This document shows positions 26,806 through 39,488 of a DNA stretch of 64,000 nt, piece by piece. This DNA comes from Lobosporangium transversale (lineage: Eukaryota). Below the pieces are notes generated by a model. It made no database searches, was not told where the DNA came from, and saw only the letters and a program-made list of their open reading frames with translations. Positions within the stretch are counted from its first letter, which is position 1, and every line of letters starts with the position of its first letter. Where the stretch lies: the NCBI RefSeq assembly GCF_002105155.1, contig NW_019028981.1, forward strand, positions 1,240,001 through 1,304,000. The letters are read 5' to 3'. Position numbers and translations under genes: made by a program.

Positions 26806-27234
26806 ATGTCTCTCTGCAAAGGAAGTTTCATTCAACCTTCTCGCGTCATCAATGTCAATATCAATCAATCAGCCTCTTCCTTTTCAAGAAGAACATCATT
26901 AACCAAGTGGATGGCTCGGACAGCTGTTATTTGGGCCATTCTGTTTTTACTTTCAAGTTGTAATACATCTGTACAAGCCCTTCCAATCCTAGACTCTCAT
27001 CCATCTCACTTAATACGCCCCTACACAACCTTGTACACCCCTGCAGAAGGCGCCTCAGTACCAGCATCAGAGGCACTAGAAGCATCAGCAACACCAGTAG
27101 TAGCAGCCATATCATCTAGCTCCAAGCCCCTTGCAGAGAAACAACAGCACCACCAAAATCAAAGAAGGACTCGGGGCTTTCAGAAACGATACAGGTGCTA
27201 TTATGGGGCATGTCACTCTAAAGATAGCAAGTAA
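26806..27234 (+). CDS. Small secreted prepropeptide ending in KR/YRCYYGACHSKDSK
   Basis: ATG at 26806 or in-frame 26911. Hydrophobic signal-like stretch ...AILFLLSSCNTSVQA/LP, A/S/P/E-rich spacer, then RR...KR and a 14-aa peptide with two Cys. Confidence 0.62.
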   Translation: MSLCKGSFIQPSRVINVNINQSASSFSRRTSLTKWMARTAVIWAILFLLSSCNTSVQALPILDSHPSHLIRPYTTLYTPAEGASVPASEALEASATPVVAAISSSSKPLAEKQQHHQNQRRTRGFQKRYRCYYGACHSKDSK

Positions 27235-29746
27235 ACAAGTGAAGTTGAAAATAAAATAAAATAAGAAAAAAAAAAAACAAGGAATGGTGCCTTCTAGCAT
27301 TAGGATTTATAGCCTTCATTCGAATAATTTTTAAATGAATATGGCTGTTCAAATTTATTGTTCCCATTCCCATTGCCTTAATTCCCTTTATGGCATCTAA
27401 TAATGTTCAATGATATTTATAAGCTCTATATCTTTTGAATCTATTCGGTTGGTCGGTCATATAACAACTCTCTGGCCCACCCTGGTCCATTTAGTCTCAT
27501 CTGCTAGGACTTTCTAAGTTGTTTATAGTGACCCAAAATACATTGTTTCCGGTGTTTATTTGTATTTTTATGTCTTGCCAAGCTTTTTCTATCAATAACC
27601 GTTATTGCTTCAGGAAATACGGGAATGTGAAATTGCTATGCTATATTCATAGCACTTCAATAAGATCCGAGAGCCCATATCTACTCTGGATGTGAGCGAG
27701 TCTAAGTCATCAGTCTATTACATGCGTAGCTAAGTCATTGTCGCAAGAGAGCAATGCCAGTGGGCAAAAAAAAAAGAGAGAAAATGCGCATTTATTTATT
27801 TATTTATTTATATCTTAGCCCTTACCAGAGATCATTGTGAGCAAGGATATTACACCGCCTTCGAGCCAGCATTGACGTAGTTGGTCTGTCCACAGCTCCC
27901 TTCTGCATTAACAGAGCTGACTTAGGCCATTCACACCATGCAATTAAGCACCTCGTGGGTTTAAAATTGCCTGGTTCATACTCGATAGAGTCGTCTAAAG
28001 CTGCTTGTCTGTCCTGCGGAGCCACGACACACCAAGGACTCACTAGAAGTGTTGGTGCACTAGTGAAATCCACCGAATTTACAAGAGATTGAGAGAAGCA
28101 ATGTTGTAAATACATGTGGACGCTGGTGTTCCGCTGCTGTTGAAGTAAGAGAATAATAACATTTCCCCTGACTTGATGCCTAAGCTGTTGTCGAAGGAAG
28201 GATAAACCATTTGGGTTACCTTTGAATGTCAGTAATTACAGTATCCTGAAATCGGCTACGTCATGAAAAAAATTTTGAAAAAAATAAAAATAAAAATAAA
28301 AATAAACATTGAAAAAATCTTTAATTTTTTTCTTTCTCTTAACCTAACTCTTCAAAAAATAAGCAAGGTATGGCCTTTAACTCATTCGACTCATCGAGGG
28401 TAAAAGCGACTATGATGACTTGATCGACCCACATTAAAAGTCATTTCTAAATTACCATTGTGTTGAACAAATAACAGTTTCAGCCTTGTCTGAGTCACTT
28501 TTCTTTTCTCTCTTCTGTTCTTCGAAAGCAAACATTTTTGTATAGCTCGAAGTTTGATCATTTACCATCAAATTAATGAACTGACTCGTTAACAGTTTCG
28601 TGTTTATTGTATTAGGATTTTTCTTAAATCATGGATTGAAAAGCCAGGAAGAAAGAGACAACAAGAAAGGATGGATCGCAATGGAAATGAATGCTGAAAA
28701 CAAAAAATGTATGTACTTTTAGAATTATCTTTTATTTTATTCTCTATTTTCTTTTTCTTTTGTTTGGCCCTTGAGATCAAGGGAAAGGAATTTATTAATG
28801 ATTGGAATGCATGACGGGCGGTCGGAACGTGTTCGTACAAACACATCAATTATGTCGAGATGTCATGCCTCTGAAATATCATCCTATTCCACACCATATT
28901 TCTTGTCATATCATTATAGCACTGGGGAGAAATGATAATCAGTCAACTAAATCATTGTTTATGGTTTTTTTTTTATTTCTCCAGGTTCTTTATATATATA
29001 TTATTATTATTTTTTGCTTGAAGGCTCGGTACGCGCTCGAAGCTTTGTAAATAACAGATGGTAAGTAAGCAATCCATTCTCTCGTTCCCCTTAATATCAT
29101 TGTTTATTGATCTATTGAAATGGGGGGGGAGGATGATAGTTGCCTACTTTTTTTTTTTTTATAAAAAAATTACAAAGATGATTTTAAAAGCATGTCAAGC
29201 TCAACAATCTGAAACGGGTGGAGACCCCACCTGTAAAGTTGTGACTCTTCTATCCTGAGACCTGCAATTATCCCCCTCCCCTACATTCTATTGATCCATC
29301 CAACAGCGGAAGATCTACATTTTCATGACAGCATATTTAACCAGAAATTTTGTTTTCGTGTCTGTATTTTGGATACAACAATAGGCTTGACAAGACATTT
29401 CCTTAGGCCATGATCGGATACCGCTTCAAATAGAAACTTTTTGTTTCAAGGTAAGTCATCAAGAGTAGAAGAGATAGTAATATTCGACTGTTAAATAAAT
29501 ATCCTTTAAATAAAAAAAACTGGTATAAATTCCTAGTCTTTGCTTCAATATGATATGAGAATGTATTTTTTTTTCCCAGCTTGTGTTCCTGACATCCTGC
29601 TGTGTTCATGGATGCGTAGTGTGAACATAATCCATGAATGATGTTTGTACACAAACACATTCCGATGCGACACAAATCGCCAGAAATAACCAAGCACGGC
29701 TTTCTTTTTTTACTCGCGGAATAAAAAAACGTACTGTACCCTTTTT

Positions 29747-29791
<45 letters not shown>

Positions 29792-29844
29792 CCCTTCATC
29801 CCTTCATCCAATTCCTACATTCATCTCTTTCATCTTTTTTCTCC

Positions 29845-30639
29845 ATGAAGAACCAACCGATGAATTCGCGTTTCCATCATTCCCCTGCTTCGCTTTTTGT
29901 GCTCTCCACAAAGTCCACAGGCGTTATTGCGGCTGTCTCGGTAGGACTGGCAGCAGCTGCACACCCCTATGGCGCCAGATTATCACACGGCGGACTCTTG
30001 CTGTCTGTAGGCGCATTACAATGCTGCTGGCTTGGAGCAAACATGGTAAGCATACGATACTACAACGGATACATTAACGCGTAACAAAAGGGGTCCTGAT
30101 TATCGATCAACTCAAGATTTTCATTAATACATCTTTACTGTTTCCAAACATAGGCTATTTCATTCTTCGAAGCCCCTGTTAAATTCCTTGCTCCAACGCC
30201 CGCTCGTCGAACTCTGATCGACGTAGGCCGTCATGTCTTTTCAGCTTTCAACAAGGTCGAGGTCGCCTTGGCAGCATTTGATCTCTTGGGATGGTATTTG
30301 ATCACACAACGTGGACTTATCAACAGCTCTGGCTCTGCTTTCACAACTACTACCACTTCAGGCTCCGGTACTATTCGCTCCAGCAGTTTCTTTACAGGAC
30401 TTCGTCAGTTGAGTGCTCACCAATGGGTTTTCCGATTCGCTCCTAGTCTCATCGTCTTTGTCTTTGAAAGCTTCGGATTCCTACCAGTTCTTCGTGACGT
30501 GGGTGCTCGTTATATCGAAGGACGCCCTGTTGAGACTAAGAGGGTCCATGGCATCTATGTCCTCCTCGAGGTCGTCAAGGTTGCCACCTTGGCCGTCAGC
30601 ACCCTTCGCGTTGGTAAAACTCTTTTGAAGATGCTCTAA
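29845..30639 (+). CDS. DUF4149/TMEM205-like membrane protein, 2 exons
   Basis: Exon 1 ends at 30045 (M|gtaag) and exon 2 starts at 30154 in frame: WLGANM-AISFFEAPVKF...DVGRHVFSAFNKVE...HGIYVLLEVVK. Confidence 0.7.
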
Positions 30640-30694
30640 ATAAACATATTGCCTTCTCATTTTTCTTTTTCTTCTTTTTTTTATATCCTTTGTT

Positions 30695-30731
<37 letters not shown>

Positions 30732-30834
30732 AAAAAATAAAAAAAATAAAAAATAAATGTATATTTATGTATTTATTATTAGACTAGAGTACAATTCACT
30801 AATGTTATATACTACTGGAACAACTTTGCTGACC

Positions 30835-33795
30835 TCAAAAGTTCATCCGTAATCGTCGATTCTCTTCCATTAATCGCTCATTTTCCTCTTTGAGTTCCCT
30901 GGTATCTGTGTACTGTTTCAACAATCCCTCAATCTGTATCTTTTGAATCTGAAACTGTCTTAGCAGCTCAAGATGCATATTCTGAATATCATTCCGGAGC
31001 CCTGCTCGAAATTCCATTAAACAATTCTCAATAACCCCCTCCAATAGCTTAGACGGGAAGGACCCTCCCGAGTTCAACGCAATTGAAAAAGGAGAAGCAG
31101 ATAAACCAGACGTCTGCTTTGTTGTTGTTGTGGCTGTTGTAGCCTCCATGACTTTTTCTGTCCCATTCATCGGAATAGATGATGATGAAGGCGGTACAGA
31201 TCCCAACAATGAAGCCCCTAAATTCATAGGGCTTTGAAGATTTGGGCTATCTCCTCCTTTATTTTCGAAACCAATTTGCATCCACAAATCCTTTATAGGC
31301 GCCTTGAGTTTCGGTCCCGGCTCCTCTACGGGCAACGCTGTCGCTGTCATCATTGTAGACGAGGTTCTTTTAAAGTCTTGAACTGATTTCTGCCAAGCTT
31401 TCAGTTCTTCTTGCGCTGATTTCATAGTCGAACGGTCGCTGCTATTACTTTGGCTGCCACCACCAGTGGTTTCTGTTGTTGGAGGATCCAGCAATACGTT
31501 CCTTACGCGATCTACAATTTGACCTCTCAATATCTCCATCTTCTCGTCCGACAATTCATATAGAGATCCGGGTGAGGATGTCCCTCCAGAGGCCAGTAAT
31601 GCCCCCAATGATTTCCGCCTTTTAGCTCGGGATGACCGTAATGGAGATTTAGATGTCGAGTCAACAGACGGATATTGATAATGATAATGTTTTAGATGAG
31701 ACTGGCTGGAGGATACAGATATGCCTCCAGTAGCAGGGGTAGCAGTAGCGGACGATAGAAACCCAGGTGATCCCGGTGGACTATTTACAGAAGGTGAAGA
31801 TGCAGAGCTCTCACCTGTGGGTGATGGTTGTGATTGCATGGTCTGGAATGCAAACGGTGAAACGGTTCTAGAATTGGGATAGCTGCCACTACTCCCTTGG
31901 TTTGGATGCTCTTTGACTGGAGTCGTAGGAGTAGATTCCATGCCTATTGATGAGGCTGAGAATGTTGGACCTGAAATGGAGTGTATTATTGATTTTGACG
32001 GCGACCTTGCGATTGATGATGTCGACACTATCGTCCCCGTTGCTGTCCCAGTTCCAGAAGCTCCAACTCTCCCTAGTAGTGCGCTACTGGAAGTGGATAG
32101 TTGTGCTGGTACAGTAGGTCGCTTAAGCTTAAAAGATAACTTTTCCTCTGCTGGTGCTGACATCGGTCCGGCCGTGTCTGAGGTGGTGTGCTTAACCAAA
32201 AACATGTCCAAGGCAGTCTTACTGGTATTCTTCCCAACGCTGCTCTTGACAATCTCTGTAGTAGGGTTTTGTCGGTTGAGTGCAATAGTTTGGTGTCTCT
32301 TCATGGATGATGATGGCTTGCCTTGGAAATGCACCGCTGTCACTGGAGCATCAACCATAGTGTCTACGATGCTGATGGGTCGATTAGTTGAGCGCAGATC
32401 ATACAATAACACTTTTCCTTGATCCGTTCCAAATGCGAGAGAGACACCATCATTCTTAAATGAGACTGATGTAAGAGCATAATCTGTCATTGTAGCCTTG
32501 ATCACTTTCTTCTTTTCAACATCATATAGCGCATAACGTTTGTCTTGACCAACTGTGCAAATGAGATAGCGATTGAACGGACTGAAAGCCATGCCAGTGA
32601 TTGGCATCTTATGTGTCGGGTCGAAGCTGTGGTAGATCGCTGTTGATCCGCTCTCGCCCGTATTCCAAAGCCGCAGACTGCCGTCATTACTTCCGACACC
32701 GCCTAGTATCGATTTGCTGAATACAGAATACTCTAGCTTATTCACGACCTAGAGAGGGATTCAATATGAAGCTTGTTGGTAAAAACGAGTTTGAACAAAT
32801 TGCCCTTTTGTAAGATGATTTTTTTTTTTTTTTTTGTGTGTGTGTGTGTGCTCCTTTTTGCCTGCTTTTAGTATCGACTAAAAAGTATTACCAATGATGT
32901 TGGGGTCTCTAGTCGTGCGCTGCTCCCTGTTGCGCGATTGATGACATCTATACTGCCTGTAGTTTGACCCACTGCAAATAATATGTCTTCTGTGTTGATC
33001 GCTAAAGCATTGATCCTGGATGATAGCTAAATATTATGTGTACATTTCAGTTAGTCGCAATCTTCATATCGGGGTCATCTTCACAGGTTTTAGCTTATTT
33101 AGACAGCGTAATATATTACTTCGAAGCTTTCTGCAACGCGCTGTAATACTGAATCCCATGTCATGACTTTATTCCCTTTTGCGAAGTATAGCCGCTGTGG
33201 TTTAGGCGCCCAGGAGATGACACATCCAGTGAAAGCCGATTGTGAAAGCTCTATCACAGGTTCGTTTACAAGTGCCTCCCGAAACTTCCCTTTGCTGTCA
33301 TGAAGATATATCCGTCCATCCCGGGCCTCTACAGCCAACATCGTGTCTATCAGCCCCAATAATTTGAAATGTGAGTAGTCATTGTATTAAAACGAAAGAG
33401 TAAAACAGAAAAAACAAAAACAAAATAAAGTGTTAAAGATAAAGCGTACTGTCAGGGCTCCATTTTAGACATGAGACTGCAAGTGAGGTCCGTTCATTGG
33501 ACATCCGAATGCCTTCGTACTCCCCAGGCTGTGGAATGGATGGTTGCTGTTGCTTGGAGGCCGTAGGGATGATATTACCGGTATTGATAAATTCGTATGT
33601 CATGACCTGTGTCCCCGCTGCTGTTGCCAGGAGACTGGTCGGGAATGGTGCTGGTTCAGGGTGCTGTGCATTATTGCTGTTATTATGGATGTTACTAGAC
33701 TGAGCTGCTAATGTCTCTTCTTCCTGTGATGAGTATGCGGTTGTTGAATAACTCCTTTTCCGCTGTGTGACAGGGCGCGATCGAGGTGCATCCAT
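30835..33795 (-). CDS. NEDD1: NEDD1/GCP-WD-like protein (WD40 propeller plus C-terminal coiled coil), ~4 exons
   Basis: WD40 repeats (FSPFNRYLICTVGQDKR, LAFGTDQGKVLLYDLRS), an S/T/P-rich linker, and C-terminal DIQNMHLELLRQFQIQ...LMEENRRLR typical of NEDD1. Confidence 0.82.
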
Positions 33796-34040
33796 GAGGC
33801 AAGAAAACGAGAAAGAGCAAAAAGTGTCATGCAGCAGTTAGGTGCCTGTCGTGTTGGGTTCACATGGAGGATTGCTGTGGCTTGGTCAAACAACTTTTTT
33901 CTGTACTTCTGAATTAGGCGGCACGACGCGAAATACTTCTCAAGCAGACTTATAAAAAAAAAGAGAAGTGCATGATTGATTCGATGATGTGGTAGGCATT
34001 ACTAATAGCCTTTATTTATTATATATACATTATTTGTAGA

Positions 34041-34973
34041 TCACTGCAGATGAAGGGGGTTCTTTTGGAAGTACTCTTCAAACGTGGTCAGCTTGCCACG
34101 AGCATTCTTGACAGACCATTCTACAAGCTCTCTTGTTTGTGGACCAAAATAGCCGCAATCCTGGATGTATAGCTGCATACGAGTCAGGTATTTGCCAAGA
34201 TCAGCTGGCATGGAGCTCGCATAGGCCTCCGCTGAAATTTGCTTATACTTGACTGTCTTGCCTGTTGATTTACTGATCACCTCTGCCATTTCCTCAAAAG
34301 TGAGAAGCTCTGTTGAAGCATTAAAGACTGTACCCTCATACTTGTCTGGTTCTGCAAGAATAGCACCCACATATTTGCCAGTGTCACCAGGAGTATCGAT
34401 TAATGGAAGCAAAGTCTGAGGAGAGATTATATTAAGAAGTGCGTAGGTTTCATCCCCTTGAGGTTGAGGAGCAGCGTGCCTGGAGTAATTTTGCATAAAC
34501 AAGCCTGGTGCAAAAAAGGCGCTCTTGATGGGTAAAGAGCGAATGTACTCTTCAATATCAGCTTTGACGTTGAAAGACTCCACTCCAGGATGTTTGCCGT
34601 TAGAGAGTTTGCCTGCGTGGGGTAAAGAGCTGAAAATGAAGTATTGAACTCCTGCGGCGACAGCAGCATCCGCTAATGCTTTCCCTTGAGCGAATTCTCT
34701 CGAATAAAGGTGCTCATCATAAGATGTTGTGGTAACTCCAAAGACTGTATGTGCGTCTTGGAGAGCATACTTAATCGATTCTTTATCGTCCACATCCCCT
34801 TTAACGATATCGACTCCTTGTTGCTGCAAGGTTTGAGCAGCTGGTTTAGAAGGGTCGCGTGTAACTGCTCGAATCTTGAATTGCTTAGATAGCTCTGGAT
34901 CGTTGAGGACATAGTTGACAACAGATCCTCCTTGTTGACCAGTAGCGCCAAAAACGACAAGAATCTTGGACAT
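34041..34973 (-). CDS. NmrA-like (NMRAL1/HSCARG-type) atypical SDR, copy 1
   Basis: 310 aa from ATG 34973, intronless; VFGATGQQGGSV, RAVTRD and FNVKA motifs. Confidence 0.92.
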   Translation of the reverse strand: MSKILVVFGATGQQGGSVVNYVLNDPELSKQFKIRAVTRDPSKPAAQTLQQQGVDIVKGDVDDKESIKYALQDAHTVFGVTTTSYDEHLYSREFAQGKALADAAVAAGVQYFIFSSLPHAGKLSNGKHPGVESFNVKADIEEYIRSLPIKSAFFAPGLFMQNYSRHAAPQPQGDETYALLNIISPQTLLPLIDTPGDTGKYVGAILAEPDKYEGTVFNASTELLTFEEMAEVISKSTGKTVKYKQISAEAYASSMPADLGKYLTRMQLYIQDCGYFGPQTRELVEWSVKNARGKLTTFEEYFQKNPLHLQ

Positions 34974-35427
34974 TGCTAGTAATAGAAGCAGTTTAAAGGA
35001 AAAGAAGAGGAACAAGAGGAAGAAGAGGAAGAAGAGGAAGAAAAAAGATGTTTTTCAATGTTGAGAAGAAGGGAATGCTATGCCGTCATTACATCTACTT
35101 TTATAGACTCTCTGAATTTATCTTCATGGTAGGCTCTGCCAGACGTACGTCAATGTTTATTTGAGAGCGGGTTCAATTACAAAGCCAACTTCATTACATG
35201 TTTATAACATGTAGATTTCTGACTAATCCATGAATGTACGTTTTCAGTGTTGTGGATTTCTAATGAGAATAAACTTTTCCGAATGAAAATTAACGCATTG
35301 CCACGTCTCACTGCGCCCCATACCTCTTCACACAACGGCTCTCGTTATTGTACTGGACTGGAGCAGATTTAGACTCGTCATTTCTTGCTACTATTAACAA
35401 CAGCACTCACCTACGATTATTAATGTA

Positions 35428-35601
35428 GAGTCCTCGCCAAAAAGTCGTCGACTAATATATTTCTCACATTTTTAACTTGAATAAAATACCCTCGTTTTTA
35501 GACAGAAAAAGAAACCTTGACGTAAACTTCTGTTTTTCAGATTTTAATTCAAATTGAATAATTTAGAAATATATCAGTCGACGACTTTTTGGCGAGGGCT
35601 C
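35428..35601. mobile_element. MITE, 174 bp, ~37-bp TIRs, TA flanks
   Basis: Left end GAGTCCTCGCCAAAAAGTCGTCGACTAATATATTTCT; reverse complement of right end GAGCCCTCGCCAAAAAGTCGTCGACTGATATATTTCT (2 mismatches). TA at 35426-35427 and 35602-35603. Confidence 0.8.
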
Positions 35602-36327
35602 TAACCATCCAGAGGCAGATAGGAAAGGACGTGATCGAGTGTTCTGTTCAGTCCTGATACTTCTTCCAAGCGTTAACTTTGAGCGTTGTCTCGTTGGGTC
35701 CAAGATATCTTTTATAATAGCATAGTACAACTTGTGCCCAATGTCCAATGGATATTCACAAGTATGGTCGGTTAAATTTCTAGACGTATGCACTTTGAAG
35801 ATGAATACAAAATCAATCACCAGGCTTTACCTCTCTTGCATTTATGGATACTCGACAAACCGCAGTGCAAGGCATGACTAAGGCAGTACGCTGATGAAGG
35901 ACCTTTTAACTAGTCGAAGGTTGCCAAAATACCTAGACATTTTTGATAGCAACATAAGATATGATCGGTTGCTTGTCATATAAACTTTATCGTTCGTGAA
36001 TGACAAAAGAACGAGCTCAACCCTCTCCAGTTTCTCCTAACGAGGAAGGGAAAATAACCAAAGGTTATGGAGTGAAACGGTGTAAAAGACTTGATTACTT
36101 ACTTTTTTCTCCATTCTTGAGCAGCATATTCAACTTTTCCCTTACTCCTCGACAGGCCTGTTGCAAAAAAAAAAAAGGATGCATTGTCTTTATGCTCAAC
36201 AACCTTAGTAGATTTAAAGAGACACAACGCATGTCACTTTCTATACCGATTCTAACACGCCTACAAGTTGCAATACCTTTCTCAAGAATAAGGATAATCC
36301 TTTATAGTCTCATTGTCTTTCTAAAAA

Positions 36328-37215
36328 ATGAAATTTTCGCCTAAAATCCTCACAGTCTTCGGAGCCACTGGCGAGCAAGGAGGGTTTGCTATCAATTATG
36401 TCCTTAATATCTAGAGCTATCCAAACAATTCAAGCTTCGAGCTGTGACATGCAATCTCTCAAAGCCTGCTGCCCAAGCCTTGCAGGGGCGAGGAGTTGAG
36501 GCCGTCAAAGGAGACCTGTATGACAAAGAATTACTCAAGGATGCTCTCAGAGATGCACACACTGTTTTTGGGCCCACTTTCACGAGTTTTGACGACAGTC
36601 TCTATGCTAAAGAAATCACTCAAGGCAAGCATCTAGCAGGCGCAGCCCTCGACGCAGGTGTCCAGTATATCATATTCACCACTTTATGCCACGCAGGTAA
36701 TGTCTGCAATGGTAAATATCAAGATTTGGACCTCTTCAACGTCAAGGCCGACATCGAGAAATACATTCGCTCTCTCTCCATCAAGAGTGCCTTTTTCGCA
36801 CCAAGCATGTTTTATCAAGACTTCTACATGTTTTATTTGAGTCCTCACCCCCAAGACGATGGAACTTTTGCGATATTCGACGTAGTCTCTCCTCAGAGCG
36901 TGTTTCCGTTTTTCGATGTAGGCGACACGGGCAAGTTTGTGGGCGCAGTGTGCAGTAGCAGAGCTCCATACATTTGAGGAGATGGCAGAGATGATCGGTA
37001 AAGCAATAGGCAAGGCCGTCAAGTATAAGCAGCTGTCGGTGGATACGTTCGACAGCGTATTGGCACTTCTTATAACCAAATCTTCGGCTACAAGATGCTC
37101 TTCATGGAGGAATTCGGTTACTTTGGTCCAGAAGGGAAGGAGCTTATTGAATGGTCAACCAAAAATATTCATCACGTTTGAAGTGTGTCTCCAGAGGACC
37201 TTCTTCATCTTTAGC
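36328..37215 (+). pseudogene. NmrA-like pseudogene, copy 2
   Basis: MKFSPKILTVFGATGEQGG, then a 1-nt deletion giving TAG near 36412. The ILAEPDKFEGKTL segment is lost near 36947, with more frameshifts at the 3' end. Confidence 0.88.
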
Positions 37216-38543
37216 GAGTCTGTGAGCCAATAACGCGTTTCACTCTCGAGGCAATTTAAGAAGGAGGATCCCTTTTCCTTTTTTTTTCTTCAGAGAAATG
37301 CGTTTTGATCAACACTAAAATAAAAGTCTGTGTCCACACATGCAATGGATGACCAAGGCAGTAAGAAAGATTTAATTTATGCAGAGTTGCAGTTGTGCGA
37401 TGTTGTCACCAAAAAGGAAGAAAGGATTTCACCTCCTAAACTTGACTTTCGTATCTTTCTTAAACAATATTAAATTGGTGTCCAATGTAAAAGAACAAGT
37501 AACATGCTTGTATGTAACTGGTGGAGGATATAGAAACCAGCCCAGATTCATTTCAATCGTCATTTTACAATAACAATATATTATGTGCAAACTTCGCTGA
37601 GATACTGTAGTGGGAGGTAGATAGACTAGAACAATAGAAAGGTAGAGAAAATGACACTGAGGTAGAGTGCCCTTCCAATGACTTTCTATTTTAATTCAAT
37701 CACGACCGTAAACTTTATGTATCCTTTTTTTCTTTATTTTATTTTATTTTATTTATTTATTTTTTTTTTTTTATAAAAAAATTGCCTACGTCGTATTTTA
37801 AAAGTTGGTTAAAGGAATAGCGAGATCAACGAACTTTCTCTTGAAGTTCCTCTCCTTACGCCTCGCTTCATGACATATTCTTTTTTTTTTATATACTTTA
37901 TACAACATCTTCTTCAACTTCGGTCCAGCAGGCCTTAACATTCCTGTGATAATAATACAAAAAAAAGTAAAGGGAACAGGTTTGTTAAGATCTTTGCATT
38001 ATAAAGAAAGGTTACTACAGATATCTACAGATAATGCAAGACAAACAGCAGTAATAATGTATTAGGTAGTGAAGGCAAGTGTTTTTATTACCATTAAAGG
38101 CCTTTTTATAGGCTTAAGACTATTTTCTGTGACAAATAACATTCACCGCATTATTACATTATTTGTACACAGCAGCTCCATCTCGGGGTTGGATCCTCCC
38201 TTGGTCACCTTGCATGCGACCAATCATATGATCATTGAACTTGATAGCCATCCTTGAATGTGGTTCAAGCTTGCTTGTGTTTATTGCACAATTGCTATAC
38301 CGCTGTTACGAGGGAACATGAATGAAATATCAGTAGTGGTAAATATGATATGTTTTGACACGTCGGCGGTATACCATATTAGTTAGCCATCAGTGATGAG
38401 GTGGAAATATAAAGACTTTAAAATGCAGTAAAAAGTATTTAAACAGATGCCTATGCTCATCACTTTCCTCCTCCTCCTTCAGCTTACATCATCCCTCTCA
38501 AGAAAAGAAGAACAGCCTTTACCCTATCGTCTCTCCAAAAAAA

Positions 38544-39488
38544 ATGAACCCATCGCCTAAAATCCTCGTCGTCTTTACAGCTACTGGTCGACAAGGAGGA
38601 TCTGTGATCAACTATGTCCTCAACCATCCAGAACTATCCAAGCAATACAAGGTTCGAGCAGTTACACGCGACCCTTCCAAACCAGCCGCGCAAGCCTTGC
38701 AGGAACGAGGAGTCGAGGTTGTCAAAGCGGATCTATTTGACAAAAAGTCGATCGACGCTGCTCTCAGTGGTGCCCATACTGTCTTTGCGAATATTGCCAC
38801 CAGCTATGATGAGAGTGTCTATCCTAAAGAAATGCTTCAAGGCAAGAATTTAGCGGATGCGGCCGTCGCCGCAGGAGTCCAGTATATCATCTATAGTACT
38901 TTATCACATGCACGCGAAGTCAGCGATGGCAAACATGCTCATGTGGATGCTTTTAACGTCAAAGCCGACATTGAGGGGTACATTCGGTCTCTCCCCATCA
39001 AGAGCGCCATTTTCGCACCAAGCATGTTTTATCAAGACTTTTATCAAACGTTTTTTGTTCCTAAACGCCAAGATGACGGGACCTTTACCATATTCAGTGT
39101 TGTCTCTCCCGACAGTGGGATTCATTGTTTTGATCCTGTTGCTGACACAGGCAAGTTTGTGGGCGCTATTCTCGCAGAACCGGACAAGTTTGAGGGTAAA
39201 ACCTTGTGTGCAGGAGCAGACTTTTGTACGCATGAGGAAATAGCAGAGATGATCAGTAAAGCGACAGGCAAGACAGTTAGGTACAAGCAAGTGTCTGTGG
39301 ATGAGTTTGATCATACCATACCAAGCACTTATAGCAGAGTTACCGCTGGCGTTATGCTTTTCCTGGAGGAACACGGCTACTTTGGTCCAGAGGCGAAGGA
39401 GCGTGTCGCTTGGTCTACCAATCACATCCATGATAAGCTAACCACATTTGAAGAGTTCCTCCAGAAGAACCCTCTTCATCTGGAATGA
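38544..39488 (+). CDS. NmrA-like protein, copy 3
   Basis: 314-aa intact ORF; Rossmann motif reads TATGRQG. Confidence 0.92.
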   Translation: MNPSPKILVVFTATGRQGGSVINYVLNHPELSKQYKVRAVTRDPSKPAAQALQERGVEVVKADLFDKKSIDAALSGAHTVFANIATSYDESVYPKEMLQGKNLADAAVAAGVQYIIYSTLSHAREVSDGKHAHVDAFNVKADIEGYIRSLPIKSAIFAPSMFYQDFYQTFFVPKRQDDGTFTIFSVVSPDSGIHCFDPVADTGKFVGAILAEPDKFEGKTLCAGADFCTHEEIAEMISKATGKTVRYKQVSVDEFDHTIPSTYSRVTAGVMLFLEEHGYFGPEAKERVAWSTNHIHDKLTTFEEFLQKNPLHLE

